Shown in pieces: positions 56,735 through 64,000 of a stretch of 64,000 bases of DNA. The notes below the pieces were generated by a model. It saw only the letters and a program-made list of their open reading frames with translations. It did no database searches and had not been told where the DNA came from. Made by a program: the position numbers and the translations under genes. Position 1 is the first letter of the stretch; every line of letters begins with the position of its first letter. Location: positions 185,004-249,003 of the forward strand of contig CAZNIK010000001.1 in the NCBI GenBank assembly GCA_964573095.1, written 5' to 3'. This stretch comes from an uncultured Candidatus Saccharibacteria bacterium (GTDB lineage: Bacteria > Patescibacteriota > Saccharimonadia > Saccharimonadales > 2-12-FULL-41-12).

Positions 56735-57058
56735 GTGAAAAAATCAAAACCAACACCACTACTTAACCAACTGCGAAAGAGGGCCAAACGCAACGGCTCT
56801 CTTTTTGACGTCTGGAGTGTAGTTCACCTTGGTACGGGTATTGTGCTGGGCTGGGTACTTGATCCCTTTGTTGCATTGGCAATTTTGGTGCTTTGGGAAC
56901 CATTGGAGATTTTTGTTCTGTCGCCCTTGCTTGCAAAAAAGGGCATTGTATTCGGCTACGAGTCGCTCCGAAACTCGCTTTCTGACATTGTGTTTGACGT
57001 AATTGGCGTAGCCCTGGGCGCTTGGTTAGTTGTCAAACTACTAGATCCACCCTTTTAG
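56735..57058 (+). CDS. small membrane protein (107 aa)
   Basis: GTG start, basic N-terminus, three hydrophobic helices. Confidence 0.55.
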   Translation: MKKSKPTPLLNQLRKRAKRNGSLFDVWSVVHLGTGIVLGWVLDPFVALAILVLWEPLEIFVLSPLLAKKGIVFGYESLRNSLSDIVFDVIGVALGAWLVVKLLDPPF

Positions 57059-57263
57059 GCTCTTAAGCGTCCCTAGTCGAGTTTGGCGCAGCAGAAGACA
57101 GTCTGCTTGAACCTTTGGACGGTATAAGTGATTGGCTACTCAGCAGTCCAAATATTGACTGAACGATACAGCTAAGAGAGGCATCAAGCAGTAAGTTCGT
57201 ACAGCAGCACCAACTCTGATACGAGCCTGTTATTACTCTCGCTAGACGCCATTTGAACCTAAG

Positions 57264-58127
57264 CTAATATCTTTGTAAGTCACTAGGGTTTCTTCCGCGT
57301 ATTTCTAATTGTCTAGCATAACTCGCATTATCCCGTTCTGCTTTAGCAACTCTTTCCTTAACATCTTTTTTACCAATGTACAGCGCGGTAGGATCGCGAG
57401 ACATAAAGCTGCTTTTTGCAACACCAAGTCTTACCAAAGTAGTAATAACAGGGTTTTTGTATTTATCTTCTGGCTGCACATACTCATCTTTTCTAACTAT
57501 TCGTCCCTTTATTACACCGCGAAGCCTAGAGGGAACTGTGTAATCAACTATTTTTTCACCATCTACCTCACTGACTTTAGGTGCTTCAAGCACAAAAGAC
57601 TCTCTTGGGTCTGGAAGCTTACCCATAACCACTTCATCATAGTCAATTCGTGGTGGGTGAAAGTGATGATTCCATACCATAACAACGGGCACACTTCTTC
57701 GTGTATCTAGCAATCCCCTTAACCTTTCAAGTTCATCTCCAACTTGCACCGCAAGTTTTACTGGGTTTGAACTTGGTCTAATCTGCTGTTCGTGTCTGTC
57801 AATGCGGAACATTTCAGAACCTCTTGATGTCCAGCTGTTCAATGGAAGGTCTGTTGCTTCAAAGGCAGCAAGAACACCCAATCTGTAAGCTATGGGCAAA
57901 AATCCATCATCTTGGGAAGCTACTTCTTGCATAAGGGTTTGTCGGGCGGCACGCTGTTCTTCTTCGGTTGCTATGTAGCCAAGTTGTTGCCTAAGTTGTT
58001 GGGGGTCGTTCTGGTTTATTTCAAATGCTACGGCATTAAAAGCACGTTGCTGCTCTGCACTAGCTGTTTGCCAAGCGGCAAACGTATCTAAACCAGATAT
58101 CCTACCTTCTACCAAAGCAGCATTCAT
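57264..58127 (-). CDS. hypothetical protein (287 aa), no recognisable domain
   Basis: Long ORF, soluble, Gln/Glu-rich N-terminal part. Hand-counted lines inside it give 22-30 G+C per 60 nt, against 30-31 in ribosomal operon lines. Confidence 0.6.
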   Translation of the reverse strand: MNAALVEGRISGLDTFAAWQTASAEQQRAFNAVAFEINQNDPQQLRQQLGYIATEEEQRAARQTLMQEVASQDDGFLPIAYRLGVLAAFEATDLPLNSWTSRGSEMFRIDRHEQQIRPSSNPVKLAVQVGDELERLRGLLDTRRSVPVVMVWNHHFHPPRIDYDEVVMGKLPDPRESFVLEAPKVSEVDGEKIVDYTVPSRLRGVIKGRIVRKDEYVQPEDKYKNPVITTLVRLGVAKSSFMSRDPTALYIGKKDVKERVAKAERDNASYARQLEIRGRNPSDLQRY

Positions 58128-58381
58128 AAACCGAAGTGTATCAGCTCATATTTAGTAGAGCAAGCACAAGCAAATTGTAATGTGCATGGTGTTGCACGAT
58201 AAGTATTTTACCTACGCCAGGCGCTAACGGGTTCTCTCTACCATAAATCAACTCGGCGATGCTCGTCAATCGAGCTGCCAGTCTTGCAAACTGCGATAGG
58301 TAATTCTCGCCTTCCCGCCTGGGCTTGAATCGAATCTCTGCCGCCCGACCATAAATAAAACCCAGCAAAGCTAGGGTGTAT

Positions 58382-58568
58382 TTTTGGTGCGCGAGAAAGG
58401 ACTTGCCATAATTGCGTTTCTTCGAGACAAGTCTCTCCAGAAACGACCAAGTAAAGAAAACATAAACTGACACTGTCAGTTTATGCCTCCGGTTCAAGTC
58501 CTCGGCTACAAAACAACAAGGCGACCACTATGGTCGCCACATTGTTTTGGTGCGCGAGAAAGGACTTG
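58382..58568 (-). repeat. 24-nt direct repeat of the tRNA-Leu 3-prime end (att-like)
   Basis: Plus-strand TTTTGGTGCGCGAGAAAGGACTTG occurs at 58382-58405 and 58545-58568. In tRNA sense it reads CAAGTCCTTTCTCGCGCACCAAAA (mid T-loop through CCA plus AAA). The offset is 163 nt and the enclosed segment is 139 nt. Confidence 0.85.
58510..58538 (-). terminator. intrinsic terminator after tRNA-Leu
   Basis: 8-bp stem GGCGACCA (58520-58527) / TGGTCGCC (58531-58538). On the minus strand it is followed by TTGTTGTTTT. Confidence 0.55.
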
Positions 58569-58632
58569 AACCTTCACGCCTTGCGGCACTAGTTCCTAAG
58601 ACTAGCGTGTCTACCAATTCCACCACTCGCGC
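58548..58632 (-). tRNA. tRNA-Leu (anticodon UAG), class II
   Basis: Reverse complement: GCGCGAG acceptor, GTGGAATTGGTAGACAC D-arm, CTAGT-CTTAGGA-ACTAG, variable arm TGCCGCAAGGCGT, GAAGGTTCAAGTCCTTT, CTCGCGC-A-CCA. Confidence 0.9.
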
Positions 58633-58699
58633 AAAAAACAAAATTGACTCCACTATTTTACAAGTTATCTTGGGAGAACGCAAAGGAGTAACGTGCGAC

Positions 58700-59377
58700 T
58701 TAGCGGCTGGCGCCGCGCATCGAAATACGACCGAGCACCACGCCGGCTTGCTGAACGCCTAGTTCTTCGATCTTGGAACGGATAGAATACATAAGCCCAA
58801 GATCGTTCGACTTTGCAATATCGACTGTTGGGTAATAGTGTTTGTTGCCGATATCTACGCCGTTAAGATCACAAAAAGAAAGGAGCTCCTCTGACTCTTC
58901 CTGCAAACTTAGTTTGGTCATGGCATCTAGCTTTAGGGCAACACGATAGTCGTGCAAGGCGTTCGGAGCATTTCGGAGGGTCACCACATCTGCCACTTCG
59001 GCATATAACTGACAAGGTTGCTGCCGCGAACCGACCAGAATATCGAAAGGGTTAAAGCCTACGCCAAGCTCTTCAGCAGTCTTTTGAATTAGATCAAACC
59101 GTCCTGCAGTTACAATTGGCACCAGCGGACTAGGAAGTATCCTTACGCCTTCGGTTTTCTGATATTTTTTTGTAATTTGGGCAACTTGACTCCCAAGTCG
59201 GCGATAGCCGTCATCAAAGCTCATTGGTCGAAATACCTCAAAACGCCCATATCCATTCCTGGTGGGGCTAGCTATTCTACCGTTTCGTCTATGCGGAAGC
59301 TCTGGCAAACCAGAAAGAAACTTATTGGCATGATGAAAGTTCCTACGGTTTGGCCGCCTTGATTTTTTGCTCGCCAT
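58700..59377 (-). CDS. hypothetical protein (225 aa) with a strongly basic N-terminus
   Basis: MASKKSRRPNRRNFHH..., then a globular region. No motif recognised; no clear 2H-phosphoesterase HxT pairs. Confidence 0.6.
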   Translation of the reverse strand: MASKKSRRPNRRNFHHANKFLSGLPELPHRRNGRIASPTRNGYGRFEVFRPMSFDDGYRRLGSQVAQITKKYQKTEGVRILPSPLVPIVTAGRFDLIQKTAEELGVGFNPFDILVGSRQQPCQLYAEVADVVTLRNAPNALHDYRVALKLDAMTKLSLQEESEELLSFCDLNGVDIGNKHYYPTVDIAKSNDLGLMYSIRSKIEELGVQQAGVVLGRISMRGASR

Positions 59378-59411
59378 ATATCGATGATTAAATACTTTTT
59401 ACAATCAATTG

Positions 59412-59939
59412 TCAATGTTTTCGATAAAACTGTAGTGTGGCATCCCCATAATTACCAGACTTTATTAGATCACATTCTTTGATCTTGAGCGGCCTTTCGT
59501 CTCCTGGCCATGAAAGCACCAGCATCCCGCCAGAATTCACGTGTTTTGAAAGTTTTGCAATCAGTTCAACCTGCAAGTAATCATACGGTGGGTCCAGTAG
59601 CACTACGTCGAATAATTCTTGACTTCGGGCTGACCAGCCCGCAATGTTTGCCCGTACAACTTTGACTCGAGATTCGACACCAAGGGCGCGCACGTTCTTT
59701 TTGATGGTTGTGTGAGCTTTTACGCTGCTTTCGACCGCTACCACGAACTCGGCGCCTCGACTTATTGCCTCTAGTGCAAGCGCCCCGCTACCAGAAAACC
59801 CATCAAGCACTCGCAACCCAGTAATGTCCCCCAGCATCGAGAACAACGCGCCCCTTACCTTCTCGCTCATAGGGTGGGTTCTGTGTCCTTTCGGTGACTC
59901 GATTATTCTGCCACCAAATTCGCCGGTAATTATTCTCAT
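59412..59939 (-). CDS. rsmD: 16S rRNA (guanine966-N2)-methyltransferase RsmD
   Basis: MRIITGEFGGRIIESPKGHRTHPMSEKVRGALFSML, DGFSGSGALALEA, LDPPY. Confidence 0.9.
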   Translation of the reverse strand: MRIITGEFGGRIIESPKGHRTHPMSEKVRGALFSMLGDITGLRVLDGFSGSGALALEAISRGAEFVVAVESSVKAHTTIKKNVRALGVESRVKVVRANIAGWSARSQELFDVVLLDPPYDYLQVELIAKLSKHVNSGGMLVLSWPGDERPLKIKECDLIKSGNYGDATLQFYRKH

Positions 59940-59955
59940 TATTATATGTATCGTA

Positions 59956-61995
59956 TCAGTTTAGGTTTGTAATTCTTCGATATTGGTCGACTTGTTTTTT
60001 TAGCTCTGGGTAGGAGTCAAGCCGAACCCCTTTTTCGACCCACTGCTCAGCCGCCTCGCGAACTCTGGAAATGAGCTTTACGTCCGAAAGGTTGGCAATC
60101 CGAAGATCAAGCTGCCCATGCTGAGCACGCCCATAAATAGCGCCAGGGCCGCGAATCTCTAGATCTAATTCTGCCAACTTGAAGCCATCGTGGATTGTTT
60201 CGAGGGCTTTGATTCTAGCTGGCGGCGCTTGACTATCACTCATTACCAAAAAGCACGTTCCGCCGTGCGCACCTCTTCCTACTCGACCACGAAGCTGATG
60301 TACCTGTGCCAGCCCAAATCGTTCGGCTCCTTCAATCAGCATGATTGTTGCATTTGGGACATCAACACCAACCTCAATAACTGTGGTCGACACCAGGATA
60401 TCCAAAGAACCATCGACAAAATCCTGCATAATTTTTTCTTTTATTGAGCTCTTTTGCTTACCGTGAAGCAGGCCGACTCGAAATTCAGAAAAGACTTTTT
60501 TGGATAGGTCCTCAAAGACAACTTCGACCGACAGCTGAGGTATTGTTTGCGACTGCGAAATTAGTGGACAGACAACAAATGCTTGACGTCCTTTTTTTAG
60601 CTGTTCGCGAACGTGACTGTACATTGGGCCCCGAGAGTTCGGCGAAACAATTGCGGTCTTGATTGGCGCTCTACCAGGCGGCAGCTCGTCAATTATTGAA
60701 ATATCGAGTTCGCCATAAAGCGTTAGCGCAAGTGTTCGCGGGATTGGGGTCGCAGTCATAGTCAGCACATGGGGCATGAGGCCAGCTTTTTTTAGAAGCC
60801 TTTCTCGTTGCTCGACGCCAAATCGGTGTTGCTCATCAATAATTACTAAGCCAAGCTTGTGCATATCAACCTTGTCGGCAATTAACGCATGCGTGCCGAT
60901 AACTAGCCCAGCCAACCCATCAGCAATACTTTTTCTGGCAGTCTTTTTTTGCCCTTCTTTCATGCTCCCGAGTAACAAAACAAGCTTGTTGGAAAAGCCA
61001 ATTGGATCAAGATAATTATGCATTGTTTTAGCGTGTTGTTGAGCCAGGATCTCGGTTGGAGCCATTAGCGCAACTTGATAGCCAGACTGCATAGCCATTG
61101 CTGCAGCCATTGCGGCAACTAAGGTTTTTCCAGAGCTGACGTCTCCCTCGATAAGCCGATTCATGGGCCGACTTGCCTCAAGATCTTTGTAGACCTGCCA
61201 GGCAGCCTTGCGCTGAGCATCAGTAAGTGAGTAATCAAGCGCATTCACAAACGATTGAGCAACTGCCTTATTGAATGGAATCGGAACCCCCGAGTAGTTG
61301 GCAAACTGCTGCTTATTGAGAAATCCCGCCAACGAGACCGCAAAAAGCTCTTCAAAACTCAACCGCTCCTTCGCCCGGGCAAGCTCCTCTACGTCGCTTG
61401 GAAAATGAATGGCCATTATTGCCTCACCGCGCGACATCAGCCCGTTCGATTCAACCAGATTTTTTGGTAACGTTTCCGGCAGCTCAACAATCTCACCACG
61501 TAGACGGGAGAGCAACTTTCTTATTCCCGATGAAGTTAGACCTTTCGTCTCCTTGTAAATTGCCACTATTCGAGCGGTGTTTATTGGGAACGCACTTTCA
61601 AGCTCCATGCTTGGGTTCATAATTGCAAGCTTTTGGCGCGAAAGCTCAAATGACCCGGAGATAAAATAGTACTGATGAGGCTTAATTGATGCAGCTCTAT
61701 ATGGTTGGTTAAACCACACTAGCCGAACACTTCCTGTTTCATCTGACGCAATAGCTTCGGTGATATGCATACCACGTCGAACGTAGCGGCCTTTTACCTG
61801 TTTGATGGTGGCTCGGATGGTCACATTCGTACCGGGTTTGAGGCTTATTGTGCTGCGGACCTCAGAATAATCGTCATACTTTCGAGGATAGTACTCCAAC
61901 AAATCACGGACAGTTTCTATGCCAAGCCCTTCGAATTTTCGGGCCACGCTCTCGCCGACTCCTTTGACTGAGTGAATTGGCGCGTCTACTTTCAT
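59956..61995 (-). CDS. recG: ATP-dependent DNA helicase RecG
   Basis: N-terminal wedge/OB region, GDVSSGKT Walker A, DEQHRFGV, QLRGRVGRG. 679 aa. Confidence 0.95.
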   Translation of the reverse strand: MKVDAPIHSVKGVGESVARKFEGLGIETVRDLLEYYPRKYDDYSEVRSTISLKPGTNVTIRATIKQVKGRYVRRGMHITEAIASDETGSVRLVWFNQPYRAASIKPHQYYFISGSFELSRQKLAIMNPSMELESAFPINTARIVAIYKETKGLTSSGIRKLLSRLRGEIVELPETLPKNLVESNGLMSRGEAIMAIHFPSDVEELARAKERLSFEELFAVSLAGFLNKQQFANYSGVPIPFNKAVAQSFVNALDYSLTDAQRKAAWQVYKDLEASRPMNRLIEGDVSSGKTLVAAMAAAMAMQSGYQVALMAPTEILAQQHAKTMHNYLDPIGFSNKLVLLLGSMKEGQKKTARKSIADGLAGLVIGTHALIADKVDMHKLGLVIIDEQHRFGVEQRERLLKKAGLMPHVLTMTATPIPRTLALTLYGELDISIIDELPPGRAPIKTAIVSPNSRGPMYSHVREQLKKGRQAFVVCPLISQSQTIPQLSVEVVFEDLSKKVFSEFRVGLLHGKQKSSIKEKIMQDFVDGSLDILVSTTVIEVGVDVPNATIMLIEGAERFGLAQVHQLRGRVGRGAHGGTCFLVMSDSQAPPARIKALETIHDGFKLAELDLEIRGPGAIYGRAQHGQLDLRIANLSDVKLISRVREAAEQWVEKGVRLDSYPELKKQVDQYRRITNLN

Positions 61996-62003
61996 GAAGC
62001 CAG

Positions 62004-62765
62004 CTATTTCTTTTTCAGTAAAAAGAACACACTTGGCCCAAAGAAGGTTCGCGCAAAGGTTGGCTGCATTACCTTCTCGACACTCAACATAACACCGCGA
62101 GGTACGATTTTTTTCAAACCGGGAGAACGCAGATTTGACACCGAGAGAATTCGCTCGAGCTTAAAACCAGTTGCCTCTAGCTGCTTGATAACTGTTTTGG
62201 GATTATGGTTCACGAATGGAATTTCTTCGGCGCGCTGATTTTTTTCTGAGCGAATATCGACTGGCTCCTTTGGAATCAGCTTGCCTTTTAACCCATACTT
62301 GAGCCTGTTACGCGCATGGGCGTTGTTGGCAAGCTCGAGCACAAAGTAGCCATCGGTTGATAATACTCGATATATCTCCTTGAGTTCGGTGGTTGGGTCT
62401 GGCAAATGGTGCATCACTCGAATCATAGTTACAAGATCGAGCTCTCCGTTTTTGAAATCAAGATCGTCGGCTTGTGTAAGCTTGTAGTCAATATCCTTAT
62501 AGCCCTTAAGATAGTCGTCGGCAATTTTGAGCTGTGTTTTTGAGGGTTCTGCGAGCGTTACCTTACCAGCATATTCGTTGAGCAGCACACATAACCGTCC
62601 GTAGCCACCCCCAATGTCCGCGGCATGCGAAAAATGCTTTCCCTTCAGAAGACGTCGAATGGCCATTTCTTCGGCCGCGTGCTCATAGTCTCGGCCCTGC
62701 CAGTAGTGAAGGTAGTTATAATCGTCGTTGTCGTATTGATCAGCAGTTTTTTTAGATTTTGACAT
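62004..62765 (-). CDS. class I SAM-dependent methyltransferase
   Basis: Motif I AADIGGGYGRL and a Rossmann-fold pattern. Substrate unknown. Confidence 0.8.
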   Translation of the reverse strand: MSKSKKTADQYDNDDYNYLHYWQGRDYEHAAEEMAIRRLLKGKHFSHAADIGGGYGRLCVLLNEYAGKVTLAEPSKTQLKIADDYLKGYKDIDYKLTQADDLDFKNGELDLVTMIRVMHHLPDPTTELKEIYRVLSTDGYFVLELANNAHARNRLKYGLKGKLIPKEPVDIRSEKNQRAEEIPFVNHNPKTVIKQLEATGFKLERILSVSNLRSPGLKKIVPRGVMLSVEKVMQPTFARTFFGPSVFFLLKKK

Positions 62766-62780
62766 GTAGTTAAGTATACC

Positions 62781-64000
62781 CTAGTGAGCCTTGACTATGG
62801 CAAAGCTGTTTTTACCACGTTTAACGAGATTAAGTCCGCTGACGAACAGTCGCAGGTTTTCTGGTCCTGCTTTTTGGCCGTTAATAATGATCGCCCCGGC
62901 CACAAGAAACTCTCGGGCTTGTTTCTTTGAGCTCGCCAGACCAGCGTCCACCAGGGTCTGAGCCAAATCACCACTATCTGTTACGACAGTTAACTCATCC
63001 GCAAGGGTCTTCTTTTCGTGTTTGTCGAGCTCCACAAAATTGCCATCAGCAAAGAGAACGTCAGTAACTTTCTTTACCTCATCAGCCCGCTTCTCGCCAT
63101 GCACTAGCTTAGTAACTTCGTACGCAAGTACCCTTTGGGCCAGCCGTTTCGCTCTATTAGAATTGAACTCTGCCATGATGTTCTCAAGCTGCGATCGCTC
63201 GAGCTCGGTGTATATCTTTAGGTAGGTTTCAACGTCCTCATCGTCCACGTTCAACCAGAATTGGTAGAATTTATAGGCACTTGTCTTCTTCTCATCGAGC
63301 CATATAGCCCCATCCTCGGTTTTACCAAATTTTTTTCCAGTTGCCTTATTTACCATCAAGGGATGTGAAATAACGTTAACTTCTTGACCCCTCACCTTAC
63401 GAACTAACTCCACGCCACTCAAGCAATTGCCCCACTGATCTGAGCCGCCAAGCTGCAGCGTGACCCCATATTTGTCATAAAGGTGGAGATAATCGTAGCC
63501 CTGCAATAAAGTGTAGCTAAATTCGCTATAGCTAATACCAGCACCACTTTCTCCGATACGCTGGGCGATGTAGTCTCTCTGCACCAGAGGAGTCACGGAA
63601 AAGTGCTTACCAATGTCCCGAAGAAAAGGTAGCAGTCTAACGTCCCTCATCCAGTCTAAGTTGTTCACCATCTCAAACTTTTGGGGGTACAAAATTTGCC
63701 TAATTTGCTCTTTGGCACAGTTGATATTGTGTTCGATTGTCTTTTCGTCTTGAAGTGGTCGCTCCTTGTCCTTTCCGCCTGGATCACCGATCAAGCTGGT
63801 AGCTCCGCCAGCCAAGAGAACGGCCTTGTGACCATGTCGCAAGAAAAGCTTATCCATCATCATGGCTGCAAGATTGCCAATCGTTTGCGAGTCGGCCGAC
63901 GCGTCATAACCATGATAGAACGCTACCTTTTGTGCATCTAAAACCTTAAGGTCTTTTATTGTCGTCTGATGTACGAATCCGCGCCAGATTAGTTCTTCTG
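62781..64000 (-). CDS. tyrS: tyrosyl-tRNA synthetase (N-terminus beyond the right edge)
   Basis: The frame stays open upstream of the track ATG (…ELIWRGFVHQTT…YHGYDASADSQTIGNLAAMMM…). Also GGATSLIGDPGGK, KFGKT and a C-terminal S4-like domain. Confidence 0.92.
   Translation of the reverse strand, partial: EELIWRGFVHQTTIKDLKVLDAQKVAFYHGYDASADSQTIGNLAAMMMDKLFLRHGHKAVLLAGGATSLIGDPGGKDKERPLQDEKTIEHNINCAKEQIRQILYPQKFEMVNNLDWMRDVRLLPFLRDIGKHFSVTPLVQRDYIAQRIGESGAGISYSEFSYTLLQGYDYLHLYDKYGVTLQLGGSDQWGNCLSGVELVRKVRGQEVNVISHPLMVNKATGKKFGKTEDGAIWLDEKKTSAYKFYQFWLNVDDEDVETYLKIYTELERSQLENIMAEFNSNRAKRLAQRVLAYEVTKLVHGEKRADEVKKVTDVLFADGNFVELDKHEKKTLADELTVVTDSGDLAQTLVDAGLASSKKQAREFLVAGAIIINGQKAGPENLRLFVSGLNLVKRGKNSFAIVKAH

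Noticed and set aside
57106-57115. 10-nt match (CTTGAACCTT) to the tRNA-Leu T-arm region, which might mark the far end of the putative island
   Set aside because: It matches the part of the tRNA 5-prime to the duplicated att-like core rather than the core itself. A 10-mer match is also not improbable by chance in 64 kb.
58141-58497. 118-aa minus-strand ORF between the 287-aa gene and tRNA-Leu
   Set aside because: Its start lies in the 58462-58484 palindrome and it reads straight through the duplicated tRNA-Leu fragment (…GKSFLAHQKY…). There is no RBS or motif. More likely it is a chance ORF in a decayed region, though a remnant gene cannot be excluded.
1-64000. Search for CRISPR arrays, rRNA genes, IS elements/transposases, integrases, toxin-antitoxin pairs and known defence genes
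   Set aside because: There are no regularly spaced repeats, no rRNA-like conserved blocks, and no transposase, integrase or recognisable defence-domain translations in the six-frame track. The only mobile-element-like signals are the tRNA-end repeats and the LAGLIDADG-like gene reported above.

Overview
All family calls come from motif recognition in the supplied translations; no database search was run. This 64-kb window, about 50% G+C in hand-counted lines, comes from a gene-dense, small-genome bacterium. An inference, not a proof: the content fits Candidate Phyla Radiation / Patescibacteria, possibly Saccharibacteria-like. Supporting points are no L30 between rpsE and rplO, no adk or map between secY and infA, Cys-less L33/L36/S14, and Lys/Ala/Glu-rich tails on many ribosomal proteins. 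The core is a roughly 29-kb minus-strand block: rpoB-rpoC-rpsL-rpsG-fusA-tuf-rpsJ-(S10/spc/alpha operons)-rplQ-rplM-rpsI. A separate secE-nusG-rplK-rplA block lies to its left. Other content: a dTTP-synthesis pair (dCTP deaminase plus a Tmk-ThyX fusion), a translationally coupled alpha-glucan cluster (GT-B synthase, GH57, GH15), five tRNAs, trpS, hisS, tyrS (partial), tig, clpP, recG, rsmD, holB, an orphan PAS histidine kinase and several orphan genes. No CRISPR array, rRNA, transposase or integrase was seen. The points most worth a second look are these. (1) tRNA-Tyr and tRNA-Leu each carry a direct repeat of their 3-prime end, both at a 163-nt offset, which looks like att-site scars without an integrase. 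(2) Orphan small genes sit in five normally tight operon junctions, including a 1.5-kb, three-gene insertion with its own promoter between rpsJ and rplC. (3) An AT-rich HTH plus LAGLIDADG-like gene sits between tRNA genes. (4) A consensus promoter and an intrinsic terminator bracket a roughly 160-nt non-coding transcript at the left edge. (5) Thymidylate kinase is fused to a two-lobe ThyX.
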